64,000 bases of DNA, from the NCBI GenBank assembly GCA_018716135.1, contig DVKG01000009.1, positions 37,525 to 101,524 of the forward strand, given 5' to 3'. Positions 9,639 through 18,452 of this stretch are shown piece by piece (within the stretch, counting starts at the first letter, position 1; each line of letters begins with the position of its first letter). The notes under the pieces were generated by a model. That model had not been told where the DNA came from. It saw only the letters and a list, made by a program, of their open reading frames with translations, and made no database searches. The position numbers and the translations under genes are program-made. The stretch is from Candidatus Scybalosoma faecavium. Its GTDB lineage: Bacteria; Bacillota; Clostridia; Christensenellales; Christensenellaceae.

Positions 9639-9844
9639 GTTTACCCTCCTGCTCATAAATAAGCGAATATAACTTTGTCTCTTCTCTATATTTATTATAC
9701 TGCATAAAATCAAAAGTTTCAATGATATAAAATGATATAATAAATTAAGAATTTGATTATTAAATTTGCCTTTTCCTTTAATTTGATTATACTGCAAATA
9801 CTGGAAAAAAGCAAGCATGACGAAAAATCTTCTCACCGTCCGCG

Positions 9845-9938
9845 TTCAATAAGGGGCACTGCCCCGTCATTCAACAAGCGAACGAGGGGCGAAACCTCTT
9901 AAGCCTACAGAGGCGGGGGACATCTGTTCACGGTTATA
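9845..9938. repeat. Dispersed intergenic repeat, copy A (long form)
   Basis: Starts TTCAATAAGGGGCACTGCCCCGTCATT and ends CATCTGTTCACGGTTATA. Both termini are shared with copy C and the 5' module with copy B. It abuts the radical SAM stop codon. Confidence 0.6.
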
Positions 9939-10532
9939 TTATTTTTCCGAATATTCACGCACACGCAGTTTAGCGCCGACGTCTGCCGCTCTCTCGCGGC
10001 ATTTTTCTATGTCCTCTTCGCTGATTACGTCTACAACCGTAAGCACCGTCTCTATTCCTTCCTTCACGCATTCCCGCGCAAAATCCAGCATATACCCATA
10101 CGCCGCTTTTCCGAATTTGCTGCGCACTACTGCATCATATTTTTCTTCGTCCGCTTCGTTGAGACTAATCGAGATGACGTCCATCAGTCCTTTCAGCTCC
10201 GGAACTATGTTTCTTCCGTAATTTGCGTTTGCAAGTCCGTTGGTGTTTAGTCTTGTCTTTCCGCCATAGCTATGGACGTATTGCGCAACTTTTTTCAAAA
10301 CGTCGAGAGCCATCGTCGGCTCTCCGTATCCGCAAAACACAACGTCTCCTCTTCCCGCTTTGTTAAGCTGCTCTATCACCTGCTCGGCGTCAGGCTCCTT
10401 CTCCAGCCATAAGTCATAGCCTTCTATTCCTATCTCGTTTTGCCTGATGCAGAACGTACATGCACAGTTACAGCGGTTCGTCAGATTTATGTATGTACTT
10501 CCTTCAAATTTATAAACGTAAATACTATCCAT
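9939..10532 (-). CDS. Radical SAM protein of the TatD-associated family
   Basis: 197 aa with a CxxxCxxC motif (CNCACTFC). Immediately downstream of tatD on the same strand, which is the context that defines this family. Confidence 0.75.
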   Translation of the reverse strand: MDSIYVYKFEGSTYINLTNRCNCACTFCIRQNEIGIEGYDLWLEKEPDAEQVIEQLNKAGRGDVVFCGYGEPTMALDVLKKVAQYVHSYGGKTRLNTNGLANANYGRNIVPELKGLMDVISISLNEADEEKYDAVVRSKFGKAAYGYMLDFARECVKEGIETVLTVVDVISEEDIEKCRERAADVGAKLRVREYSEK

Positions 10533-10572
10533 TTTTTATATCACCTTGAATATAATACTTGTCAATTCTAAA

Positions 10573-10599
10573 GGCTCTCCCGGCGGAAGAGCCTTTTTT
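10573..10599. terminator. Hairpin with flanking A/T runs between tatD and the radical SAM gene
   Basis: GGCUCU ... AGAGCC stem with T6 on the plus side and UUUAGAAUU on the minus side. Confidence 0.4.
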
Positions 10600-10603
10600 G
10601 CAT

Positions 10604-10630
10604 TTCAATAAGGGGCGCCGCCCCGTCATT
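10604..10630. repeat. Dispersed intergenic repeat, copy B (5' module only)
   Basis: TTCAATAAGGGGCGCCGCCCCGTCATT. Its last bases overlap the tatD stop codon. Confidence 0.55.
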
Positions 10631-11390
10631 ATACTTCTATATTCAGCATTACACACGCATTATTCCATGTCTGCGCCGCTATTTCCTCGGGAGTTTTCCC
10701 CTTCAGCGCAGCTATCCGCTTGGCTACGACCTCAGTATAAGCCGGCACATTCCGTTTTCCTCTGTACGGCACCGGCGCGAGATACGGAGAGTCAGTCTCC
10801 AGCAATATTCTGTCCATCGGAGCGTACTCCACAACCTGAACGGGCTTGGAGGCGCCTTTGAAAGTCAGCGTCCCTCCTACCCCCAGATACAGACCCATAT
10901 CGAGCAGTATTTTTGCCGTTTCTACACTGCCGGAAAAGCAGTGCATCACGCCTTTTACATCGTGATTTGACAGTATAGCCAGCATGTCTGCCGTCGCCTC
11001 TCTGTTGTGAAGAGAGACGGGCATATTCAGCCTGGACGCCAGCTCAAGCTGCGCTTCCAGAACATTGCGCTGAACCTCGCGCGGTGAATAATCATAATGA
11101 TAATCCAGCCCTATCTCGCCTATTGCAACTATTTTCTTGTTCGAAGCCAGCTTCTCTATTTGCCGTTCGACTTCCGCGCTGTATTTAACTGCATCGTGCG
11201 GATGAACGCCGACGGCGCCGTATATTATATCGTGTTCTTCTGCAAGAGCTGCGGTGGCGTATAGATCGTCCGGCGAAGTCGCACACTGCATGACGCGCAT
11301 GCCCTGAGACGTCATCTCGGCTATGAGCTGTTCTCTGTCCTCGTCAAATCGCTCGTCTGTCAGATGAGCGTGGGAATCGAACAGCCTCAT
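10629..11390 (-). CDS. tatD: TatD-family metal-dependent hydrolase
   Basis: 253 aa with N-terminal MRLFDSHAHL and further His/Asp motifs. The start overlaps the metG stop. Confidence 0.9.
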   Translation of the reverse strand: MRLFDSHAHLTDERFDEDREQLIAEMTSQGMRVMQCATSPDDLYATAALAEEHDIIYGAVGVHPHDAVKYSAEVERQIEKLASNKKIVAIGEIGLDYHYDYSPREVQRNVLEAQLELASRLNMPVSLHNREATADMLAILSNHDVKGVMHCFSGSVETAKILLDMGLYLGVGGTLTFKGASKPVQVVEYAPMDRILLETDSPYLAPVPYRGKRNVPAYTEVVAKRIAALKGKTPEEIAAQTWNNACVMLNIEV

Positions 11391-13345
11391 CTGATGCGCT
11401 CTCCTTCTCCCAGTTCTTTATCGGGAGTGAGCAGAGCTATATGATCTCCGTCGCCGCCCGCCAGCAGCATCCCTTCGCTTACAACGCCGCAAAGCTTCGC
11501 CGGCTTGAGGTTCGCCACTACTATAACCGTTTTGCCTACCATATCCTCTGCGGAATACGTGGACTTTATTCCCGAAACTATCGTTCTGTCTTTGCCCATC
11601 ACGCGAACTGTCAGCTTGAGCAGCTTTTTCGCGCGTTTTATCTCTTCCGCCGCTACGACCTTGCCCACGCGCAGGTCGAGCTTAGCAAAATCATCTATAT
11701 CTATCTCAGGCTCGAGCAGATCGTAGCTATCCGCAAGCTTCGCCGCCTCTGCCTCTGCTTTTTTCTTAGCTTCCAGCGCCTCCAGCTCTGCAAGCTCTTT
11801 CTTTACGTCAATGCGCGGGAAGAGCGCAGGACCCTTGTTGAGCTTTACACCCGCTTTCATGAGGCCGTATGTCTTTGTGCTGTCATAGCTCGTCAGGCTC
11901 TCATCACCCGCTATGCCAAGCTGCTCCTGCATCTTAGCGCTGGCCGCCGGCAGGAAGGACTGCAGCAGCACGCTGACTATGCGCAGACCCTCAGTGAGAT
12001 TGTACATTACGCTCGCCAGGCGCGGCTTGTTCGCGTCATCTTTAGCAAGCTGCCAAGGCGCCGTTACGTCAATATATTTATTCAAAGCGCCTATATACTT
12101 GAATATCTCCGCCAGAGCGTCTGCAATTCTAAACTCATCCATCAGAGCAACTACTTTTTCGGGCAGCTCTGCCGCAATCGACTTGAGCACATCGTCCTCC
12201 TCTGCGACAGGAGCCTCGTCCGCAGGAAGTACGCCGTCGAAATATTTATACACCATAGCTGTTGTACGAGAGAGCAGGTTGCCCAAATCGTTCGCCAGGT
12301 CGCTGTTTATTCTGTTTATCAATATCTCATTTGAGAAAAGCGCATCCTGACCTAGGGGCATCTCACGCAGGAGGAAGTATTTCAGCGCGTCTACTCCGTA
12401 TCTCTCCGCGAGCATAACCGGATCTATTACATTGCCCTTGGATTTACTCATTTTTCCGCCTTCGAGTATTACCCAGCCGTGTCCGTAAACCTTCTTGGGG
12501 AGAGGCAGACCGAGAGCCATCAGCATAATAGGCCATATGATCGTGTGAAATCTTACGATCTCTTTGCCTACCAGATGAACATCTGCCGGCCAGTATTTCT
12601 GATACTTGCTGTCGTCGTCGCTTCCGTATCCCAGAGCAGTAATGTAGTTCGTCAGCGCGTCCAGCCATACGTAAATTACATGCTTGTCATCGAAAGGAAC
12701 GGGGATACCCCATTTGAAGCTCGTGCGGCTGACCGCCAGATCGTCCAGACCGGGCAGCAGGAAATTTTGCAGCATTTCATTTTTTCTTGATTCCGGCTGA
12801 ATAAAATCAGGATGATCCTCTATATATTTAATAAGCTTATCCTGATATTTGGAGAGACGGAAGAAGTAGCTTTCCTCTTTAGCCTTTTGTACCGGTCTGC
12901 CGCAATCCGGGCAGCATCCGTCTTTAAGCTGGCGCTCGAGCCAAAAAGACTCGCACGGAGTGCAGTAATGCCCTTCGTACTCGCCTTTATAAATATCTCC
13001 TTGTTCGTACAGCTTTGTGAATATCTTTTGGACGGCTTTCTCATGTCTTTCGTCCGTCGTTCGGATAAAGTCGTCGTTAGTTATATCCATAAGCTTCCAC
13101 AGGTCTTTTATCCCTGCTACTATTTTATCTACATATTCTTTGGGCTGCATTCCCTTCTCAGATGCGATCTTTTCTATCTTCTGACCGTGCTCGTCGCTGC
13201 CTGTCAGGAACATAACGTCATACCCTGTCTGACGCTTAAAACGCGCAAGGGCATCCGCCGCCACCGTGCAGTATGTGTGACCTATATGCAGCTTATCACT
13301 GGGATAATATATAGGTGTTGTAATGTAATACTTCGGTTTACTCAT
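11387..13345 (-). CDS. metG: Methionine--tRNA ligase with a C-terminal tRNA-binding (EMAP/Trbp111-like) domain
   Basis: 652 aa with a HIGH-type motif (KLHIGHTY), KMSKS (GGKMSKSKGN), a zinc knuckle CTPCE..CPDCG, and a C-terminal ..LDLRVGKV.. OB domain. Confidence 0.95.
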   Translation of the reverse strand: MSKPKYYITTPIYYPSDKLHIGHTYCTVAADALARFKRQTGYDVMFLTGSDEHGQKIEKIASEKGMQPKEYVDKIVAGIKDLWKLMDITNDDFIRTTDERHEKAVQKIFTKLYEQGDIYKGEYEGHYCTPCESFWLERQLKDGCCPDCGRPVQKAKEESYFFRLSKYQDKLIKYIEDHPDFIQPESRKNEMLQNFLLPGLDDLAVSRTSFKWGIPVPFDDKHVIYVWLDALTNYITALGYGSDDDSKYQKYWPADVHLVGKEIVRFHTIIWPIMLMALGLPLPKKVYGHGWVILEGGKMSKSKGNVIDPVMLAERYGVDALKYFLLREMPLGQDALFSNEILINRINSDLANDLGNLLSRTTAMVYKYFDGVLPADEAPVAEEDDVLKSIAAELPEKVVALMDEFRIADALAEIFKYIGALNKYIDVTAPWQLAKDDANKPRLASVMYNLTEGLRIVSVLLQSFLPAASAKMQEQLGIAGDESLTSYDSTKTYGLMKAGVKLNKGPALFPRIDVKKELAELEALEAKKKAEAEAAKLADSYDLLEPEIDIDDFAKLDLRVGKVVAAEEIKRAKKLLKLTVRVMGKDRTIVSGIKSTYSAEDMVGKTVIVVANLKPAKLCGVVSEGMLLAGGDGDHIALLTPDKELGEGERIR

Positions 13346-14073
13346 ATATAGCTCCTTTTCTTTATCAATATTACGCCGTCCTCATACACAGGCAGCGCAC
13401 TTGTTGTGTTCTCTTTCAAACAATAATGTACATCTGCTTCCAGCCCTTTTTTCAGCATCCTGCGTACGGCAGGCAGCCTGTACATAATGTATTCTATATC
13501 TCCTCGGCATCTCTCGAACGTCAGCAGCGCCAAAGTCGCTCTCTCATCCAGCTTCACGCCTATCGTATATTCCAAAAGCGCACTTATAACGCTGCCCGCT
13601 GTGAGCATATCCATAATACTGAGACGCCCCTCGTCCCCTGCGCATACTACAGTTAAATCAGTTTTGCAACTCGCCAAAGCCATCGCAACTGCATCTGAGT
13701 TGTTCATACATGTGAGTATGGTTTTTTCCGCCTCCTTGCATTTCAGCAATGCAGAGCTGGCATTCTCGGTACAGAGCACGAGCGTCTTTCCTGCGACTTT
13801 GGAGCGATACATGGAATACGGCGAATTAAGCAGTTCTATATCAGACAGTTCGCCGGAGTGATTATCACAAATCAACACGCCGTCCCCTCCGAGCTGCGAC
13901 ATTATCATCGCTGCCTCGTCTATATCCGCGGCGGGAACAGCCTGGCGGGCTCCTTTTTCAAAAGCTGAAAGCAAAGTGGGCACAGCAGACAGGGTGTTTA
14001 CCATCAACGCCGTCCGTCCTTCCAGCTCGCGCTTCTCCAGAAGCCTATGAGACACCCGCAATTGAATTTTCAT
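13342..14073 (-). CDS. Divergent 2-phosphosulfolactate phosphatase (ComB)-family protein
   Basis: 243 aa. It is collinear with the ComB fold blocks (..NTLSAVPTLLSAFEKGARQAVP.., ..LLNSP.., ..VCAGDEGRLSIMDMLTAG..), but several canonical residues are replaced. A 4-nt overlap links it to the metG start. Confidence 0.45.
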   Translation of the reverse strand: MKIQLRVSHRLLEKRELEGRTALMVNTLSAVPTLLSAFEKGARQAVPAADIDEAAMIMSQLGGDGVLICDNHSGELSDIELLNSPYSMYRSKVAGKTLVLCTENASSALLKCKEAEKTILTCMNNSDAVAMALASCKTDLTVVCAGDEGRLSIMDMLTAGSVISALLEYTIGVKLDERATLALLTFERCRGDIEYIMYRLPAVRRMLKKGLEADVHYCLKENTTSALPVYEDGVILIKKRSYI

Positions 14074-14186
14074 GAATCCTCCCGTCGCCGCATAGCAGCA
14101 AAGATACCTAGCCTTATAATTTTACAATATATCCGCGGGAATATCAAGTGCGCCCTATATGTCAGAAACTGCACAACGCCGCTTCT

Positions 14187-14226
14187 AAAAATAAAAAAAA
14201 TGCACACAGATGCTTCCCGTGTGCAT
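14187..14226 (-). terminator. Intrinsic terminator after abrB
   Basis: AUGCACAC ... GUGUGCAU hairpin followed on the minus strand by U8AUUUUU. Confidence 0.8.
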
Positions 14227-14254
14227 TAATCGCTTTAAATATGTTTGCCAAATT

Positions 14255-14497
14255 TTACAGCTTGCTCAGCTTGTCTATGCAATGCTTGCATACATTGCGG
14301 CCTTCGTACGCTCTTACGTCTTCCAGACTGTCGCAGAATATGCAGCTCGGCTGATACTTCTTGAGCATTATGTACGGACCCTCCACGAATATTTCTATCG
14401 AGTCCTTACACTCAATGTTCATGACTCTGCGCAGTTCTATTGGCAGAACTACACGTCCCAGAGAGTCCACTGGTCTGACGATACCTGTAGATTTCAT
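14255..14497 (-). CDS. abrB: AbrB-family transition-state regulator
   Basis: 80 aa. The N-terminus MKSTGIVRPVDSLGRVVLPIELRR is a SpoVT/AbrB swapped-hairpin domain. The C-terminal part carries CIFC..CKHC. Confidence 0.9.
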   Translation of the reverse strand: MKSTGIVRPVDSLGRVVLPIELRRVMNIECKDSIEIFVEGPYIMLKKYQPSCIFCDSLEDVRAYEGRNVCKHCIDKLSKL

Positions 14498-14760
14498 TGC
14501 TTCCTCCTGTTATGTTTTTGTCGGGCCGAAATAGAAAGCACCTCTTGCCTAAGGCGCTCCCTCGGCGTTGTCACCGCGAATTGTACGGTGAAATCAAAAC
14601 GGATTTTGTCCGAAAATTATCAATTTACATAAATATAGTATATTGGAATTACTTTACATTGTCAAGCTAATTGTTACAAATTTATTTATTTAATCGTCTA
14701 AAATAGAAAAATTTCTCATAAATTTCATAAAATTACTAAATTTTTACTGGAGGATAACTT

Positions 14761-15351
14761 ATGGTCAAGTATATATGGGCTGCATTGATAAGCATAGGGA
14801 TAACTCTAGGATTGCTCAGCGGCAGAGCAGATGAGCTGTCCTCCGCGATAATGTCCAGCGCACAAGACGCCGCCGCATTCGCGCTCAGCCTGATAGGAGT
14901 GTACGCTCTGTGGCTGGGTCTGCTTCAGATTCTTGAAGATTCAGGGGCGATACGCGCGCTTTCTCAGCGAGCAGAGCGGCTCGTGAGGCTGCTTTTCCGT
15001 GGTTTAAAGCAAAAAAGCCGCGCCATAAGCCTCATTACGCTCAATCTCGTCGCAAATATGCTCGGCATGGGGAACGCCGCTACCCCATTCGGACTTGCTG
15101 CAATGCAGGCCATGCAGGAGGAGAACAATCATAATACCCTCCCCAGCCACGATATGTGCATGTTTATTATACTTAATACTTGCTCTGTACAGCTACTCCC
15201 GCTGACTATAATAAGCGTGCGGGCAGCCGCGGGCAGCGCCTCACCCGCAGACATCGTTCTTCCTGCGTTTTTAGCCACACTGATAACTGCAATAATCGGA
15301 GTTTCTCTGGCGTCTCTCGCGCGCCGCTTCTGCACGAGGCGCGGCATATGA
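14761..15351 (+). CDS. spmA: Spore maturation protein A (nucleoside-recognition/Gate domain membrane protein)
   Basis: 196 aa, multi-TM, paired with spmB. GGAGG RBS. Confidence 0.8.
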   Translation: MVKYIWAALISIGITLGLLSGRADELSSAIMSSAQDAAAFALSLIGVYALWLGLLQILEDSGAIRALSQRAERLVRLLFRGLKQKSRAISLITLNLVANMLGMGNAATPFGLAAMQAMQEENNHNTLPSHDMCMFIILNTCSVQLLPLTIISVRAAAGSASPADIVLPAFLATLITAIIGVSLASLARRFCTRRGI

Positions 15352-15860
15352 ATATAGCCGAATACGCACTGCCTGTATTCATCGCCGTTGTATTAATATA
15401 CGGTACAGTGCATAAAATCGACGTTTTCGAAAGTTTTATAAAAGGCGCGAGAAAAGGACTTTCCGTCGCTCTTCGCATTCTGCCGTATATTGTAGCCATG
15501 ATTTTCGCAGTGGACATATTCTCAGCCGGAGGCGGCTTTGAGATTCTCAGCGCGGCCATATGTACCGTCGTCGGTTCGAGCGTCCCCACTGAGATAATCC
15601 CTCTCGCTCTGATGCGCCCGTTTTCAGGCGGCGCCAGCATAGGGCTTTTGAGCGCTCTCTACTCTACAGCAGGCGCAGACAGCTACGCCGGCCGCGTCGC
15701 GTCTGTATTTATGGGCAGTTCCGAAACTCTCTTTTATACAACTTCTGTTTATCTCGGCAGCGTAGGGCTTTCTAAAACGCGGTATATAATTCCCGTCGCT
15801 CTGTTTACAGACATATGCGGCATAGTGTGCTCGTGCATATTAGTTAATTTATTTTTCTAA
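15348..15860 (+). CDS. spmB: Spore maturation protein B
   Basis: Start moved to ATG 15348 (MNIAEYALPVF), which overlaps the spmA stop (ATGA). Multi-TM. Confidence 0.8.
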   Translation: MNIAEYALPVFIAVVLIYGTVHKIDVFESFIKGARKGLSVALRILPYIVAMIFAVDIFSAGGGFEILSAAICTVVGSSVPTEIIPLALMRPFSGGASIGLLSALYSTAGADSYAGRVASVFMGSSETLFYTTSVYLGSVGLSKTRYIIPVALFTDICGIVCSCILVNLFF

Positions 15861-15920
15861 GCAATTACATTTCAGAGCGCATGTTCTATACAATGACCGG
15901 ATTGCGCCCTCTTCTTTAAC

Positions 15921-15957
15921 AAAAAAGATGCGCCGTCGTATAAAGCGCATCTTTTAA
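15921..15957. terminator. Bidirectional terminator between spmB and ricT
   Basis: AGAUGCGC ... GCGCAUCU hairpin flanked by A6 and U4. Confidence 0.7.
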
Positions 15958-15980
15958 GTATTTAAATATCAAACGATAAT

Positions 15981-16916
15981 TTATTCCGCGGCCTGAGCCT
16001 TTTCTTCCTGCTGCTCCTGTCCTTCCTGAACATCATTATTTTTTTCTTTTTCTTTGTCTTTCTTCTGCTTTTCGCTCTTTTCGGGCTGCTTCTCCCGCTT
16101 TTTTTTGGGCTCCGGCGTCACATCGTCAACCGAATATTCCCGCGCCTCAGCCGTGCCGTCCTCCGTGACGATGCGCACGCGCACGAGCTGCTTGAGCGCA
16201 CTTTGGCCTATTACCGTCCCCACACCGTCAGGCGTTTTGACATCGCTGCCTACACGAGGCAGAACCTTCTGCAATTCTTCATAATACTCATGCTCATAAT
16301 TCAGACAGCACATCAATCTTCCGCAAAGTCCGCTTATCTTAGTCGGAGAGAGAGACAAGTTCTGCTCCTTCGCCATTTTTATAGATACCGGCTGAAAATC
16401 TCCGAGAAAAGCGGAGCAGCACGCCGGGCGGCCGCACGGGCCCAGCCCTCCGAGCATTTTAGTCTCGTCGCGCACGCCTATCTGCCTCAGCTCTATTCTC
16501 GTCTTGAATACTCCTGCCAAGTCTTTAACCAGCTCACGGAAGTCAACTCTGCCCTCTGCCGTGAAATGAAATACTATCTTGCTGGCGTCGAACGTATACT
16601 CCACGTTAATGAGCTTCATTTCCAAATTGTGCTTTTCTATCTTTTGTCTGCATATATCAAACGCCTGCTTTTCCAGACGCCTGTTTTCTTCTATAACCGC
16701 GTAATCATGCTCGTCCGCTTTCTTTTTGACTCCGCGCAGCGGTTTGGTGAGCTCGCTGTCATCCACTGTTTTTCTGCCTACGACTACAGTGCCGAATTCA
16801 ACTCCCCGCACTGTTTCGACAATTACTCCGTCGCCTACCGCGAATTCTTCCTCTCCGGGTGCAAAGTAGTACACCTTACCCGCTTTTTTAAATCGAACGC
16901 CTATCACGTCAGACAT
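15981..16916 (-). CDS. ricT: PSP1-domain protein RicT/YaaT with a Lys/Glu-rich C-terminal tail
   Basis: Start moved to ATG 16916 (MSDVIGVRFKKAGKVYYF) with a GGAGG RBS. Cys cluster ..GPCGRPACC..LCGRLMCC... Conserved tmk-holB-yaaT order. Confidence 0.85.
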   Translation of the reverse strand: MSDVIGVRFKKAGKVYYFAPGEEEFAVGDGVIVETVRGVEFGTVVVGRKTVDDSELTKPLRGVKKKADEHDYAVIEENRRLEKQAFDICRQKIEKHNLEMKLINVEYTFDASKIVFHFTAEGRVDFRELVKDLAGVFKTRIELRQIGVRDETKMLGGLGPCGRPACCSAFLGDFQPVSIKMAKEQNLSLSPTKISGLCGRLMCCLNYEHEYYEELQKVLPRVGSDVKTPDGVGTVIGQSALKQLVRVRIVTEDGTAEAREYSVDDVTPEPKKKREKQPEKSEKQKKDKEKEKNNDVQEGQEQQEEKAQAAE

Positions 16917-17818
16917 TTTACGTATACCTCCAAAATAGACAGCGCGGCTCCCTCCAACAAAAGCCTGCTGTTCACGCCCGAGCTTATCTCTTTCAGACGC
17001 GCTTTTTCCATAAGTATCTCTATCATATAGCAAATTGCTTCGTTTGTAAAGCGAGCCGCACATTCTCTTATATCTTCCGACATATCCGGATTGAGCAGGT
17101 TCTCTTCCAACCCCAGGCGAAGCATAAGCCCGTCCCGCAGGATTCCCGCCGCGCTCTCCAAGCCCGCGCGCACATCGCCGGACTCCAGCTTCTCCGCCAG
17201 CGCCACCGCGTTTATCCTGCCTATGCTGCTTACAAAATCCAGAGCTTTTTTTCTCCGGTCATGGAAACTCTCGTCTCCGTCCAGCTCTATAGCTCTCGCC
17301 GCGCTCCCGCCGCTCTGTGCTATCGCCGCTTTGCTGATATTAGGCAATTCCTCGGCGAGCCTCGCCCTGCTCTTCGGCGGTAAGGCTATGTTTGCACAGC
17401 GCGATCTTATCGTAGGCAGAAGCGCTCCTACATTGTCCGTAGAGAGCAAAAAATACATGCCGTCCGGAGGTTCTTCTATGCTCTTTAATAAATAGTTTTG
17501 CGCTTGTTCAGAAAGCTTATGCGCGGCTTCTATATATGCGACGCGCTTTTCCCCTTGAACGGGCGCGTTTTTAATTAAATCTGCAACTTTGCGCACCTCA
17601 GGCAGCGGTATCTCTTTCTCTCCTGATATATGCAGATAGTCTATCATTCCGCCTGCGTTCAGCATCTTGCACATTTTGCAGTCGTCCCGGCCTACGCCAT
17701 TTCGGCAAAAGACAGCATATACAATATCCATTGCCGTCTTATGCGCCTCCGCCTGAGCTGTCGCCGATATTATCACAGCCTGAGGCATTCGTTCCGCAAT
17801 CGCTTTTATATTCATCAT
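16904..17818 (-). CDS. holB: DNA polymerase III delta' subunit
   Basis: 304 aa with ..LLKSIEEPP.. and the PTIRSRC sensor motif. Confidence 0.85.
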   Translation of the reverse strand: MMNIKAIAERMPQAVIISATAQAEAHKTAMDIVYAVFCRNGVGRDDCKMCKMLNAGGMIDYLHISGEKEIPLPEVRKVADLIKNAPVQGEKRVAYIEAAHKLSEQAQNYLLKSIEEPPDGMYFLLSTDNVGALLPTIRSRCANIALPPKSRARLAEELPNISKAAIAQSGGSAARAIELDGDESFHDRRKKALDFVSSIGRINAVALAEKLESGDVRAGLESAAGILRDGLMLRLGLEENLLNPDMSEDIRECAARFTNEAICYMIEILMEKARLKEISSGVNSRLLLEGAALSILEVYVKCLT

Positions 17819-18447
17819 AGCCCGTAGCGCGGAAGTATAAATTCATCCGCAAAGCGGCAGAGCTCTTTCCTCGTCTCTTCCATCGAGCCTGACGCATCTA
17901 TTATAATTATCCGTTCCTCACGCTCAGCCTGCTCCTTAAAGCCTCTGTATACTCTGGAAAAAAAATCCGCTCCGCTGCTTTCCAGCCTGTCCTGCGAGCT
18001 TCTGGGCTGCATCCTCTCGAAAGCAAGCTCAGGTGAAACATCAAACATCAGCGTATAATCCGGCATACATTTCTCAGCCGCATATCTGTTTATCTGCATT
18101 ACTGTATCCAGCCCTAAACCTCTGCCATAGGCCTGATAAGCCACGGAGCTGTCAATATATCTGTCGCACAGCACAACACTGCCGTTTTGAACAGAGGGCA
18201 GTATAATTTCGTCTATATGCTGAACCCTCGCCGCCGCGTACAGCATAGCCTCGGTATAATCCGTCATCTCCCCGCTCTCCTTGCTGAGCAGTATTTCACG
18301 TATTTTCTCAGAGATAGGACAGCCCCCCGGTTCACGTGTGAGCACTGCGTCAATGCCTTTTTCGGACAGATATTCGCTCAGCAGACTCATCTGCGTACTC
18401 TTTCCGCAGCCGTCTACCCCTTCAAATGTGATAAATAATCCTCTCAT
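17815..18447 (-). CDS. tmk: Thymidylate kinase
   Basis: 210 aa with the P-loop FEGVDGCGKSTQ. Confidence 0.93.
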   Translation of the reverse strand: MRGLFITFEGVDGCGKSTQMSLLSEYLSEKGIDAVLTREPGGCPISEKIREILLSKESGEMTDYTEAMLYAAARVQHIDEIILPSVQNGSVVLCDRYIDSSVAYQAYGRGLGLDTVMQINRYAAEKCMPDYTLMFDVSPELAFERMQPRSSQDRLESSGADFFSRVYRGFKEQAEREERIIIIDASGSMEETRKELCRFADEFILPRYGL

Positions 18448-18452
18448 AAGCG

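Noticed and set aside
8493-9662. Track ORF of 389 aa on the plus strand.
   Set aside because: It is antisense to two well-supported minus-strand genes (cupin and Cmk-like) and to their intergenic terminator and promoter. Composition is low-complexity Phe/Leu/Arg-rich, and there is no RBS.
9936-9964. Repeat copy A might carry a promoter, like the one flanking copy C.
   Set aside because: At the homologous position the -10 is degenerate (TAATAT/AAATAA) and there is no -35 element. The region also overlaps the 3' end of the radical SAM coding sequence.
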